Shown: piece after piece, positions 37,134 through 50,602 of the stretch
Position numbering within the stretch: position 1 is the stretch's first letter
How the letters are laid out: every line of letters begins with the position of its first letter
Assembly: GCA_043819135.1 (NCBI GenBank)
Contig: JBDRFG010000072.1
Span: forward strand, 8,240-72,239
Reading direction: 5' to 3'
Length of the DNA: 64,000 nt
Source of the DNA: Candidatus Eiseniibacteriota bacterium
Lineage (GTDB): Bacteria > Joyebacterota > Joyebacteria > Joyebacterales > Joyebacteraceae
The notes under the pieces: generated by a model
Told to the model about the DNA's origin: nothing
Seen by the model: only the letters and a program-made list of their open reading frames with translations
The model's database searches: none
Made by a program: the position numbers and the translations under genes

Positions 37134-37155
37134 GTCTCCCCGCCCTCCGAGTCGA

Positions 37156-38679
37156 TCAGATCTCCTTGCGGAGATTGGCCCTCAGGATCCTCATCTGCTC
37201 GCGATACTTAGCCACCGCGCGCCGCGATATTGTGAACCCCATCCTCCTGAGTTCCTCCGCCACCTTCTGATCCGAGAGCGGCTTCTTCTTGTCTTCCTTG
37301 CTGATGATATCCTGCATCGCGTCTCGTACGGCCTTGGAGGCGATCTCGTCGCCGTTACTCGTCCGTATGCCACTGGAGAAGAAGTACTTCAGCTCGAAGG
37401 TCCCCCTCGGTGTCTGCACGTACTTGCCGCGCGTCACCCGACTGACCGTCGACTCGTGCATGCTGACGTCATCGGCTATCTGCTGGAGTGTCAGAGGTTT
37501 GAGGGCCGACACGCCCTTGTTGAAGAAACCGATCTGGGCGCGGACTATGCTTTCTGTCACTCGGACCATCGTACGACGCCGATTCTCGATGCTCTGCACG
37601 ATCCACCGCGCCGCCTTGAGCTTCTTGGATATGAATTCCTTCTCTTCTGAAGCGGAGTCGGTGGACAGAATGCGACGATAGGTCGGATTGATGCGCACGC
37701 GGGGAACGTCCGAATCGTTGAGGTAGACGACGTAGTCCCCGTCGACCTCCTCGATCACAAGATCGGGCGTGATGTAGCCGGGGTCGCCGATGATGGGATC
37801 GATGCGAGGCCTCGGGTCGAGCTTTGCGATCTCGCCGATAGCCTCCCGCAGGTCCTCGGTCGTGACAGAGAGCTTCCTTCTGATGGCGTCGTACTTGCAC
37901 GACTTCAGTTCCTCGAAGCTGGTCGAGACCACCTTCGCGGCCAGCGTGTCCCCGAGTCCCTTTCGCTGCAGCTGGAGAAGCAGACACTCCTCTATGGTCC
38001 GCGCCGCGATGCCAGCGGGGTCGAGCGCCTGCAGGATCTTGAGCGCCCTCTCAACGGTCTCGACGTCGGTCTTGAGCGCCCTGGCGATCTCTTCCAGAGT
38101 GTCCCGGACGTAGCCGTCCGAATCCAGCTCGTCGATAATGTACTCGGCGATGCCGACGAGCGCGTCGTCCTCGCATTCCATGTGAAGCTGGTGTTTCAGC
38201 TCGTCCTCGAACGTCACCATGGCCACGGGGACGCGCTCGAACCGCTCGTCATCGTCATCCCTCGCGAAGTTCTGCCCGTAGGCGTGCGAGTAGACGTCGT
38301 CCAGGTAGTCGTCCCAGTCGAGCTCCTCGCCGGTGGCGTCCTTCTCCTCCGTGCTTTCGTCCTTCTCCTCCGCGCTCTCGGCCTTCTCCTCCGCGCTCTC
38401 GGCCTTCTCGGCCTCCGGTTCAGGCGCCTCCTCGGTCTGCCGGTCGTCCGCCGGCCCCTCCCGGTCCTCTGTCGCCTCCGGTTCGGCCACCTCCTTCTCG
38501 AGTTCCGCTTCTTCCTCCTCGAGACGCTCGAGCAGCGGATTCTGGAGCAGCTCCTGCTTGAGGAACTGCTCCAGCTCCAGCGTCGACACCTGGAGGATCT
38601 TGAGCGCCATCTGCAGCCGCGGCGTCATCACAAGCTGCTGCTGCATTCGCATGTGAATTCCGTGCTTAAGATCCATCAC
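37156..38679 (-). CDS. rpoN: RNA polymerase sigma-54 factor
   Basis: RpoN box ARWIVQSIENRR, HTH, core-binding region. Acidic linker with tandem repeats. Confidence 0.95.
   Translation of the reverse strand: MMDLKHGIHMRMQQQLVMTPRLQMALKILQVSTLELEQFLKQELLQNPLLERLEEEEAELEKEVAEPEATEDREGPADDRQTEEAPEPEAEKAESAEEKAESAEEKDESTEEKDATGEELDWDDYLDDVYSHAYGQNFARDDDDERFERVPVAMVTFEDELKHQLHMECEDDALVGIAEYIIDELDSDGYVRDTLEEIARALKTDVETVERALKILQALDPAGIAARTIEECLLLQLQRKGLGDTLAAKVVSTSFEELKSCKYDAIRRKLSVTTEDLREAIGEIAKLDPRPRIDPIIGDPGYITPDLVIEEVDGDYVVYLNDSDVPRVRINPTYRRILSTDSASEEKEFISKKLKAARWIVQSIENRRRTMVRVTESIVRAQIGFFNKGVSALKPLTLQQIADDVSMHESTVSRVTRGKYVQTPRGTFELKYFFSSGIRTSNGDEIASKAVRDAMQDIISKEDKKKPLSDQKVAEELRRMGFTISRRAVAKYREQMRILRANLRKEI
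38335..38412 (-). repeat. About 27-nt tandem repeats in the rpoN acidic linker (encode EKAESAEEK units)
   Basis: Seen in sequence: tccttctcctccgcgctctcggcc repeated about 2.5 times. Confidence 0.7.
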
Positions 38680-38776
38680 AGTCTCCCTCTAGCCCGTTGG
38701 CCCCGGGGACGATCTTCAGGTCGCCCCGGAGGGGCCCCGCGCGCGGAACCCGATCCTTGAGGTATCATGACCCTTA

Positions 38777-39505
38777 TCAGAGACGGAACCGCTCTCCCAG
38801 ATACAGCTTCCGCGCCTCCTCGTTCGACGCCAACTCGTCGGCGCTCCCCGAAAGCAGGATCTCACCCTCGTACAGGATATAGGCTCTATCGGTCACCGAC
38901 AACGTCTCGCGAACGCTGTGATCGGTAATTAGGATCCCTATGCCTCTGTCCCTGAGTCTTCTGATGATCGCCTGAATGTCCTGAACCACTATCGGGTCGA
39001 TGCCGACGAAAGGCTCGTCCAGCAATAAGAAAGCCGGTCGAGTCACGAGCGCCCGCGTGATCTCCACTCGCCTCCGCTCCCCTCCGGAGAGCGTGCGGGC
39101 TGAACGATCGCGCAGCTCCTCGATTCCCAGCTCGCCCAGGAGCTCCGCCAGCCTCTCTTCGCGCTCCGCCCGACTGCCGCCGAGCGTCTCCAGAATGGCG
39201 CTGACATTCTGCGCTACTGTCAGCCCCCTGAAAATGGACGACTCCTGTGACAGGTACCCCACGCCGAGGCGGGCGCGCCGGTACATCGGGAGTCGGGTGA
39301 CATCGTCACCGTCGAGGTGGACCGCGCCCTCATCCGGCGTCAGAAGCCCGACGATCATGTGGAAAGTCGTTGTTTTCCCGGCGCCGTTGGGGCCCAGAAG
39401 TCCCACGACTTCCCCCTGCTCGAGACTGAGCTTCACGTTATTGACCACGGCGCGCCCGCCGTAGCGCTTGACCAGTCCCGTCACGCCGAGGGTGCGGGGT
39501 GCTAC
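38777..39505 (-). CDS. lptB: LPS export ABC transporter ATP-binding protein LptB
   Basis: Walker A GLLGPNGAGKTT, signature LSGGERRR, Walker B ILLLDEP. Start probably GTG near 39505. The track ORF is N-extended. Confidence 0.85.
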   Translation of the reverse strand, partial: VAPRTLGVTGLVKRYGGRAVVNNVKLSLEQGEVVGLLGPNGAGKTTTFHMIVGLLTPDEGAVHLDGDDVTRLPMYRRARLGVGYLSQESSIFRGLTVAQNVSAILETLGGSRAEREERLAELLGELGIEELRDRSARTLSGGERRRVEITRALVTRPAFLLLDEPFVGIDPIVVQDIQAIIRRLRDRGIGILITDHSVRETLSVTDRAYILYEGEILLSGSADELASNEEARKLYLGERFRL

Positions 39506-39527
39506 CGCACCTCCGTTTCCCGGTCTG

Positions 39528-40085
39528 TCAGTCTTCCTCGACAAGCTCCCCCTCCGGCGTCCGCACGAACGCCTTGAAGTCACTCTTCACCCTGATGTTC
39601 TTGAGGTCGGGGTCGGCCTCTACGCCGACGCCCGTCATCACGTCCTTGCCTTTGGTCACGCGAACGGGACGGTCCGATTCGACCTTCCCCTTCCGCTCGT
39701 CCCAGTTGAGTCTCTCGGTTGTCAGAATAGTGCCGTCGGCCGCGTACACCACGACGTTGCCGAGCACTTCCATATCATTGGTCCGTCGGGCCAGGATGCC
39801 CTCGTCCGCTGTGAGCGTCGACCGTATCTCACCCGCCTCATCGAAGAAGTCGACTCGAAGGACCATCATCTCGACACGGTCCGCGTCCTCGTAGACGAGC
39901 GCGTGCTCCGCCGAGATGGACCAGACCCTGTCGCCCTCTCGCGTCTGGGTCAGCGTGAACCCGTCCACCTCCTGGTCGGCGAGCGTTCTCGATCTCCTGA
40001 GCCCGCCCTCCTCATCTCCACCGCACCCGAAGAGCAGCAGCAGTGCGAGGACGGCGGCGAGTCTGAGGACAAGGGGCGGCTTCAT
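39528..40085 (-). CDS. LptC/LptA (OstA-like) family periplasmic LPS-transport lipoprotein
   Basis: Start at MKPPLVLRLAAVLALLLLFGCGG (signal plus lipobox). About 185 aa beta-jellyroll-type sequence. Sits between kdsD and lptB as lptC/lptA do in E. coli. Confidence 0.6.
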   Translation of the reverse strand: MKPPLVLRLAAVLALLLLFGCGGDEEGGLRRSRTLADQEVDGFTLTQTREGDRVWSISAEHALVYEDADRVEMMVLRVDFFDEAGEIRSTLTADEGILARRTNDMEVLGNVVVYAADGTILTTERLNWDERKGKVESDRPVRVTKGKDVMTGVGVEADPDLKNIRVKSDFKAFVRTPEGELVEED

Positions 40086-40291
40086 CGTACTCCGTTCTCT
40101 TGTGTGGCAATCTCGCATCGCCTCGTGAAATGCATCCGGCGCCTGCGTGCGCGCCGCGCTCCCAATATACCCGAGAAGCGCCCGCTCCTCAAGGCGTCCC
40201 GCCAACTACGGCGGAAGACCCGACGAGGTTCTCAAGTGTGGAGGATAGCAGAATGCTGAATGAGGGGTCAACAAGCAGGCTCGGGCAGGCG

Positions 40292-41329
40292 CTAGCCCAT
40301 TGCGCGCAGGCAGTCATGGATGTGAATGACTCCCCGGGGCTTGCCTTCATCGGTCACTATCACCAGGGAAGTAATGGGGCCGGGTTCGTTCGTCTCCATC
40401 TTCTCAAGGGCGTCGGCCACGAGTTCGTCCTCGCCCACCGTTCTCGGAGCCGGCGTCATCACGTCGCCCACACGCGCGTTCAGGACGTCGGTTCTCTTCA
40501 TGATGATTCGCTTGAGGTCTCCGTCCGCGACGATGCCGACCAGCCTCTGGTCCCCATCGACCACCATTGTCAGGCCAAGCCGCTTCCCGGCTATCTCCAC
40601 TATGGCGTCCTTCATGAGCGCGTCCGCCGATACCACGGGAAGCGCGTCGCCGGAGTGCATGACGTCCCTGACCCTGAGGAGAAGTCGTCGCCCCAACGCG
40701 CCGGCCGGGTGGAACGAGACGAAGGCGTCTCTGTCTATCTCCTTCTCCGTCAGAACCGCCACGGCAAGCGCGTCTCCAAGCGCCAGCGCCGCCGTCGTAC
40801 TCGCCGTCGGTACGAGATCCATGGGGCATGCCTCTCGCTCCACACGCACGTCCACGACGATGTCCGACCGTGACGCGAGCGTCGACCCGACGTCGCCGGT
40901 GATCGCGACGATCGTGACGCCGATGTCACGTACTAGCGGCAGCAGTTGAAGCAGTTCCTCGCCTTCCCCGCTCTTGGAGATGGCGAGCACAACGTCGCCC
41001 CTGCCCACCATTCCGACGTCGCCGTGCCCGGCGTCCGCCGGGTGAAGGAAGAACGCTCTCGTCCCGGTGCTCGCAAACGTGGCGGCTATCTTCCGCGCCA
41101 CGAGTCCGGACTTGCCGACGCCGCAGACGACGATGCTCCCGGGTGACTCCAGTATCGCGCGGACCGCCTTGACGAATCCTTCACCGACACGCTTCGACAG
41201 CCCGTCGATAGCGTCGCGCTCCACGCGGAGGACCTCCTGTCCCGTGCTCAGGAGCTCTTCGTCCGAAAGACTGCGATCGCCCGCCGTCCTCCCGATGTCC
41301 GTCCCCTTGCTCAAGAGCGCCTCCCGCAC
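40292..41329 (-). CDS. kdsD: Arabinose-5-phosphate isomerase (KdsD/KpsF; SIS plus tandem CBS)
   Basis: SIS motif VVCGVGKSG. Two CBS domains. Confidence 0.9.
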   Translation of the reverse strand: MREALLSKGTDIGRTAGDRSLSDEELLSTGQEVLRVERDAIDGLSKRVGEGFVKAVRAILESPGSIVVCGVGKSGLVARKIAATFASTGTRAFFLHPADAGHGDVGMVGRGDVVLAISKSGEGEELLQLLPLVRDIGVTIVAITGDVGSTLASRSDIVVDVRVEREACPMDLVPTASTTAALALGDALAVAVLTEKEIDRDAFVSFHPAGALGRRLLLRVRDVMHSGDALPVVSADALMKDAIVEIAGKRLGLTMVVDGDQRLVGIVADGDLKRIIMKRTDVLNARVGDVMTPAPRTVGEDELVADALEKMETNEPGPITSLVIVTDEGKPRGVIHIHDCLRAMG

Positions 41330-41366
41330 CGCACGCGAACGTCATCGTCCGTCACCGCGGGCACAA

Positions 41367-41900
41367 TCAGATACTGGCCAGAAACTGCGAGACCACGTCC
41401 TTCCAGTCGCCCCTTGACTTCAGGATACTCTCGACCGTCTCGCGCACGGCTCCGCTGCCGCCGGGCGCCTCGGTGACGTGCGGAGCGGACTCCAGGAGGT
41501 CGGTGCACGCGTCGCCCACCGCCACCCCGATACCCACCGCCTGTATGGACGCCATGTCCACCAGGTCATCGCCGACATACGCTATGCCCGAGAGCGCGAC
41601 GCCGTGCCGCTCGGCGATCTCGCGCACGACGTCGAGCTTCCGCTGCTCGCCCTGATAGAGCTCCGTAACACCCAGCATCTCGGCGCGGCGCTTCACTATT
41701 TCCGACACGCGCGCCGAGAGGAAGATTACCTCGATGCCGGCATACTGCGCCACCTTGATCCCGATGCCGTCGCGCACGGAAAATTCCTTGATCTCCTCGC
41801 CGGAGGGACCCAGAACAAGGTGCGCGTTCGTCAGCACGCCGTCCACGTCCAGTATCAGCAGCCTTATGCCGGCCGCCGTGCTCTTGTCGAGTGCCAGCAT
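41367..41900 (-). CDS. kdsC: 3-deoxy-D-manno-octulosonate 8-phosphate phosphatase (HAD)
   Basis: LLILDVDGVLTN, AYVGDDLVD. Confidence 0.85.
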   Translation of the reverse strand: MLALDKSTAAGIRLLILDVDGVLTNAHLVLGPSGEEIKEFSVRDGIGIKVAQYAGIEVIFLSARVSEIVKRRAEMLGVTELYQGEQRKLDVVREIAERHGVALSGIAYVGDDLVDMASIQAVGIGVAVGDACTDLLESAPHVTEAPGGSGAVRETVESILKSRGDWKDVVSQFLASI

Positions 41901-41903
41901 CCC

Positions 41904-45179
<3,276 letters not shown>

Positions 45180-45208
45180 CTGGCACCTCCCCTTGCCCTA
45201 CTCGCACC

Positions 45209-45862
45209 CTACTCGTAATCGAGGACCACCACTCTCGGCGTGTCCGAAAGATCCTTCGCTTCGATCTTCACGGTCGTGCTGTCGGTCCGCTCGACGTGTT
45301 CCATCAGCTTGAGGAAGTCGTCGACCGGCTGGATCGGAAAGCCCAGCGCGTCCGTCTTGTAGTGCATCGGGATGATGATTCGCGCTCCGAGGGCCTCGGC
45401 GGTCTTCTTCGCTTCCTCAGGGCCTATGGTGTAGTAGCCACCGACGGGCGCCAGCAGAACGTCCACGACCCCCAGGGCCGCCGTCTCCTCGGCCGAAAGC
45501 ACATGGCCGAGATCCCCGAGGTGCCCCACCTTCATGCCGTCAACGTCCATCACGTAGATATTGTTGCGCCCGCGGTCCTGCCCCTTGCTATCGTCATGGA
45601 ATGTCGCGATGCCCCTTATCGCGATCCCCTTGACCGTGCGTTCTGCGGGGTCTCGGACGATCTCGGGCCCGCCCGTCACGGTCTCGACCGCGTTATGGTC
45701 CGCGTGCTCGTGGCTGACGGTCACCACATCCGCGTGCGTGCTGATGGGCGGATAGCCCACGGCCCCGTCATAGGAGCCGGCCTCGAACGGGTCCGTAACG
45801 ACCCTGGTGCCGTCCTTCGATTCGACCAGGAACGAAGCGTGCCCCAGCCATGTGATCTTCAT
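45209..45862 (-). CDS. MBL-fold metal-dependent hydrolase (UPF0173-like)
   Basis: Start reassigned to MKITWLGHASFLVE. HxHxDH motif SHEHADHN. Confidence 0.75.
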   Translation of the reverse strand: MKITWLGHASFLVESKDGTRVVTDPFEAGSYDGAVGYPPISTHADVVTVSHEHADHNAVETVTGGPEIVRDPAERTVKGIAIRGIATFHDDSKGQDRGRNNIYVMDVDGMKVGHLGDLGHVLSAEETAALGVVDVLLAPVGGYYTIGPEEAKKTAEALGARIIIPMHYKTDALGFPIQPVDDFLKLMEHVERTDSTTVKIEAKDLSDTPRVVVLDYE

Positions 45863-46083
45863 TGTCTCGTGCTCCTCTCGAGGCTTCCCGGCGCTGCCCC
45901 GCGCAGGGTGTAGCAACGACAAAGGGGCCCCGCGGGAACGCGGACGTTCCCCAGCGATGCCCCTCCTGATTCCATCGCAACCTGGTGTTCGCTTGTTCGT
46001 ACGGACGTTTCCTCGCCCAGCGCTGGACCTCCCCCATCCCGGTCGCCACTCTCTGGCTGCAACTCGACGTCCACCTCCGCGTC

Positions 46084-46332
46084 CTACTGGATGCGCACGC
46101 GCTTCCTGTCGCGGCCCCAACGCTCGAACGTCACGTGCCCGTCCGTCAGAGCGAAGAGAGTGTCGTCACCACCCCGTCCCACATTCTCCCCAGGATAGAA
46201 CTTGGTGCCCCGCTGCCTGAGAATGATGGTCCCCGCACGGACGAACTGCCCGCCGAAGCGCTTGATGCCGAGTCGTTGCGCGCTGGAATCGCGCCCGTTT
46301 CTCGAACTACCGACGCCCTTCTTGTGTGCCAA
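46084..46332 (-). CDS. rpmA: 50S ribosomal protein L27
   Basis: [16 protein letters not shown]... Confidence 0.95.
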   Translation of the reverse strand: MAHKKGVGSSRNGRDSSAQRLGIKRFGGQFVRAGTIILRQRGTKFYPGENVGRGGDDTLFALTDGHVTFERWGRDRKRVRIQ

Positions 46333-46375
46333 TTCACCAACCCCCTGTTGGACCTGCCGTTCTGGCTCAGGCGAC

Positions 46376-46696
46376 CTACGCCTGCGTGGCTATGCCCGTG
46401 ATGCGGAGCTCCGTGAAGCCCTGCCTGTGTCCCTTCTTAACCTGGTAGCCCTTCCTGCGCTTCTTCTTGTACACGATCACCTTCCGGCCCTTACCGTGCC
46501 CTACGATCTCCGCGTTGACCTTCGCGCTGTCGACGAGCGGCGTGCCTACCTTCATGTCTCCAGCAACGCTCAGCGCCAGCACGTCAGGCATTTCGACGGC
46601 CTCGCCGACCTCGCTCTTCATCCGCGGTACGCGGATGACGTCCCCCTGGGACACCCTGAACTGGAGTCCTCCGGTCCTGATTACGGCGTAATCCAC
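46376..46696 (-). CDS. rplU: 50S ribosomal protein L21
   Basis: [23 protein letters not shown]... Confidence 0.95.
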   Translation of the reverse strand: MDYAVIRTGGLQFRVSQGDVIRVPRMKSEVGEAVEMPDVLALSVAGDMKVGTPLVDSAKVNAEIVGHGKGRKVIVYKKKRRKGYQVKKGHRQGFTELRITGIATQA

Positions 46697-46970
46697 GACT
46701 CCTCCCGGACTGTCTCGTAACTCACTTTCGGGTCGCCTTTTCTACAAACTGACATCCTATATTCCTGACCTCCCGTCTGTCAAGCAGCAAGTGGCCGCGG
46801 ATTGGCGGTCTCCCCCTCGCACGCTGCGCCCCCACGCACCCCGACCCCCTGCTTTCGGCCCGAGAGACCTCGCGATCCTCGCTCCGGCCTTTGCTCTGAC
46901 AACTCGCCACTGCCCCGCGCTTGTGCTATTCTCCGCAAATCTCTGCCATCTCAGCTGGAAAGGCCGCTCA

Positions 46971-47861
46971 ATGACGATTCCTCATCTTGGCGAGATCCTC
47001 TCGATTACGGCGGCTCTCATGTGGGCCGGTTCAGTGGTTCTGTTCCGTATGAGCGTGCGCAACCTCGCGCCTCTGGGACTCAACTTCTTCAAGAACATCG
47101 TTGCCGCGATACTCCTGTCGGTGACGCTCATCGTATTCCGACAGAACCTCTTTCGCGACGCGCCCCTCCTCGACTACGCGATTCTGGCCCTGAGCGGAGT
47201 TCTGGGGATCGCCGTCGGCGACACTCTCTTCTTCAAGAGCCTCAACATTGTCGGCGCCGGTCTCTCGCAGATAGTGAGTCTCGCCTACAGCCCCTTCGTC
47301 ATCCTCTTCACCTTCTCCTTTCTCGGTGAGAGGCTCAGTCCCGGTGACCTCGTAGGAGCGTGCCTCATTCTCCTTGGGATACTGCTCACGACCGCTCGCG
47401 AACCGTCATCCGGTCTCACCGCGAAGGACATGCGACGTGGCGTCGGTCTCGCAACCCTGGCCGTCGCCCTGAATGCCCTCGGCGTCACTATCGCCAAGCC
47501 CGTCCTGGACCGTTCACCCGTCCTCTGGTCGACCGCCGTCAGACTCCTCGCGGGCGTCGCCGCCCTGATGCTCCTGACGGTTGTGTCTCCGCGACGTCGC
47601 TATCTGTGGACGACGCTGAGACCATCGCGCTCCTGGAGGGTAGCCATCCCCGCGGCCGTGCTCGGCGCCTACCTGGCGATGATAGTCTGGATAGGGGGCA
47701 TGAAGTACACGCAGGCCTCGACCGCCTCGATACTGAACCAGACGAGCGCCGTCTTTGTGCTCCCGCTGGCGGCCGTGTTCCTCCACGAACGCATCACCCT
47801 CCGGAAATCCGTGGCAGTAACCATGGCGCTGGCCGGCGTGTTGCTCGTCACCCTCACCTGA
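46971..47861 (+). CDS. EamA/DMT-family transporter
   Basis: Start at MTIPHLGEILS. 10 TM helices with duplicated EamA domains. Confidence 0.75.
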   Translation: MTIPHLGEILSITAALMWAGSVVLFRMSVRNLAPLGLNFFKNIVAAILLSVTLIVFRQNLFRDAPLLDYAILALSGVLGIAVGDTLFFKSLNIVGAGLSQIVSLAYSPFVILFTFSFLGERLSPGDLVGACLILLGILLTTAREPSSGLTAKDMRRGVGLATLAVALNALGVTIAKPVLDRSPVLWSTAVRLLAGVAALMLLTVVSPRRRYLWTTLRPSRSWRVAIPAAVLGAYLAMIVWIGGMKYTQASTASILNQTSAVFVLPLAAVFLHERITLRKSVAVTMALAGVLLVTLT

Positions 47862-47962
47862 GGCGACCTCCACGCGTCGCCGGCGCGAACGGGCCGTACA
47901 TGAGCTGACCGGAGCCACGCGGCTCCGGTCTCTTCGGCCTGGCACGATTCCTCTGTGGAAGC

Positions 47963-50539
47963 CTACTGGACGCCACCGCCCCTTGCGGCAGCCTCGACCT
48001 CGGCGATCAGCTTCTCCAACCGGTACGGCTTTTGAACGAAGCCAACCACCCCGCCATCCACGAATTTGCCGACGACCTCCTGTTCGCTGAACCCGCTCGA
48101 GACGACCACGCGTACGTCCTCGCGAATCTTGCGGAGCTCCCGGAACGCCTCCTCCCCACCCATCCTTGGCATCGTCAGATCGAGGAGTACGCACGAAATC
48201 TCCTCAGCGTGTTCACGATAGTAGTCCACGGCTTCGCACCCATCGGCCGCGCCGACCACGGCGAACCCCGCCTGCTCGAGTAGCCTCATCCCGATATCAC
48301 GCACCGCGTCCTCGTCGTCAACGATGAGGACGGTGCCGCCCTCCTCGCGGGCCGTCGCTTCCACCTCTTGCTTCGGCGGCTGCACAACGGGACAGCTCCC
48401 AACCGGTAGAAGGACCGTGAAAGTGGTGCCGCACCCCTTCTCGCTTGCCACATTGATCGCGCCCGAGTGGCCCCGAATGATGCCCAGGGTTGACGCGAGT
48501 CCCAATCCTCGCCCCGTGAACTTCGTCGAGAAGAACGGTTCGAACATCCTTTGCACGGTCTCCTCGTCCATCCCGCATCCCGTGTCGCGGACCTCCAGGA
48601 ACAGGTAGTCCCCCTCGGGAAGATGGTCATCCACATACGTCCCGCTCAGATACGCCCTGTCGCAGTTCCTCACGCCGGTTCGCAGCGCGACAACGCCCCC
48701 TTCGTCCCCGATCGAGTCCGACGCATTGGTGATGAGGTTAAGAACCACCTGGTGAAGCTGCGTGACATCGGCGACCACCGGCGGAAGGTGACTGCACAGG
48801 TCGTAGCTGAGGGCGACGTTCTTCGCCACCGACACCTCCAACAGGTTCCCTATTTCCGTCACCACCGAGTTCACGTCCACCGCCTCTATCACGAAGCTCC
48901 CCTTCCCCGAGTATGCGAGCATCTGTCTCGACAGCTCGGCCGCCCTTTCAGTCGACGCCCTCGCCTCAGTGAGGCTGTGGGCGGCGGGCGACCCCTGGTC
49001 CACCTGCAGGAGCCCGAGTTCGATGTTCCCGAGCACTCCGGTCAGCAGGTTGTTGAAGTCGTGCGCTATCCCACCGGCAAGCACGCCGAGACTCTCCAGC
49101 TTCTGTGCGTGCCGGACCTGTCCCTCAAGTCTCTCTCTTTCCTCCTCCGCCAGCTTCCGCTCGATGGCCAAGGCGATGTTGTCGGACACGAACATCATGA
49201 CCTGGAAATCGCTCTCCGAGTACGGCGAGCTCTCCTGGTAGCTCTGCACGACGACAACTCCGATGACCTTGCCCCCGGCCTTGAGGGGAACGCCGAGCCA
49301 GATTGCCGACGGGGCGCCGATGAGCTCGACCTCGCCGGCGGCGACCAGATCCTGGAACGCGGCCTCGTTGATCATCTGCGCCCGCCCAAGCCTGCGTACA
49401 TAGTCCGTCAGGCTCTTCTTGAGAGGAGCCGGCGCGAGCTCTGCGTTGTCATCGAATTCGTCGACGTGGTAAGGGAAAGTGTAACTGTCTGTGTCCTCGT
49501 GGTACAGCGCAACGTAGAAGTTCGTGGTGTCGATGAGCCTTCCGAGCTCGCGGTGGATAGTGGCCAGCAGTTCCCCGAGGTTGTCGGACTCACTGACCGC
49601 CTGCGACACGTTGAGGAGGACCGACTTGACCTCCTCGGCCTCCTTGCGCTGTGAGATGTCCTGAACGGCGCCGTAGACGCGCACAACGCGACCGGTGGCG
49701 GGGTCCTTCTCCGCTCGGGCGTAGTCCCTGACCCACTTCGTGCTGCCGTCCTTCCGAACCATGCGAAAGTCGACCGCGGCGGGCCTTCCGTCCAGAAGCG
49801 CGCGGAGCTGCCGTTTGACGGCCGGCATGTCGTCCGGGTGGGCAACAGGAGACCACACCTCGTGCGCCATGAACTCCGCATCGGTGTAGCCCGTCATCTC
49901 CTCGATCGCGCCGGTCACCCACTCCCTCGCGAGCGCTCCGTCCGCCGCCACCGCGAAAGCGTATGCGAAGTCGGAGATCAGACTCGACACGACACGGTAT
50001 CGCTCCTCGCTCTCGCGGAGAGCGTCCTCGGCCCCTCTGTGATCCGTCATGTCCTGAACGGCCCCGTAGATCCACGCGACTCCGCCACCCTCGGAGTCGC
50101 ACACGGGCCGCGCGTAGTCGCGCATCCACCGCACCGTGCCGTCCTTGCGAACGATCCGGTAGTCGACGATGCAAGGCTCGCCGTTCAGGAGGTGTTTGAG
50201 TTGTCCGTAAGCTATCGAGAGGTCATCAGGGTGCAGCAGACGCTCCCAGCCGCCGGCGGCCTTGAGTTCGTCGACGCTGTACCCCGTCATCAGCGTCAGC
50301 GCTCCCGCCACCCACTCGCTCGTCAGCTTCCCATCGGGAGCCACCCGGAAGGCGTAGGCGTAGTCCGATATCAGGCCGGAGATAAGCCGGTACCGCTCTT
50401 CGCTCTCGCGACGCGCCTCCTCCGCCTCCGCTCGCGGGTCGCCCTCGCGGGGCCCCGCACCCGCCGCACAGCGAAGCAGGCTCAGCTCGGCGATGAGCTC
50501 CTCTCTGGTCCTGTCCTCGTGACCCATCCTGTCGACCAC
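47963..50539 (-). CDS. Hybrid sensor histidine kinase: PAS-PAS-GAF-HisKA-HATPase-receiver
   Basis: H-box GGIAHDFNNLLTGVLGNIELGL, G-boxes, C-terminal REC (LIVDDEDAVRD...DLTMPRMGG). Cytoplasmic, no TM helices. Confidence 0.9.
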   Translation of the reverse strand: MVDRMGHEDRTREELIAELSLLRCAAGAGPREGDPRAEAEEARRESEERYRLISGLISDYAYAFRVAPDGKLTSEWVAGALTLMTGYSVDELKAAGGWERLLHPDDLSIAYGQLKHLLNGEPCIVDYRIVRKDGTVRWMRDYARPVCDSEGGGVAWIYGAVQDMTDHRGAEDALRESEERYRVVSSLISDFAYAFAVAADGALAREWVTGAIEEMTGYTDAEFMAHEVWSPVAHPDDMPAVKRQLRALLDGRPAAVDFRMVRKDGSTKWVRDYARAEKDPATGRVVRVYGAVQDISQRKEAEEVKSVLLNVSQAVSESDNLGELLATIHRELGRLIDTTNFYVALYHEDTDSYTFPYHVDEFDDNAELAPAPLKKSLTDYVRRLGRAQMINEAAFQDLVAAGEVELIGAPSAIWLGVPLKAGGKVIGVVVVQSYQESSPYSESDFQVMMFVSDNIALAIERKLAEEERERLEGQVRHAQKLESLGVLAGGIAHDFNNLLTGVLGNIELGLLQVDQGSPAAHSLTEARASTERAAELSRQMLAYSGKGSFVIEAVDVNSVVTEIGNLLEVSVAKNVALSYDLCSHLPPVVADVTQLHQVVLNLITNASDSIGDEGGVVALRTGVRNCDRAYLSGTYVDDHLPEGDYLFLEVRDTGCGMDEETVQRMFEPFFSTKFTGRGLGLASTLGIIRGHSGAINVASEKGCGTTFTVLLPVGSCPVVQPPKQEVEATAREEGGTVLIVDDEDAVRDIGMRLLEQAGFAVVGAADGCEAVDYYREHAEEISCVLLDLTMPRMGGEEAFRELRKIREDVRVVVSSGFSEQEVVGKFVDGGVVGFVQKPYRLEKLIAEVEAAARGGGVQ

Positions 50540-50602
50540 CCTTTGCCGTGGCTTTGGGCGTGTCCGGGCACGCGAGAGCAGAGAAGAGCTACGCGCGCCG
50601 GC

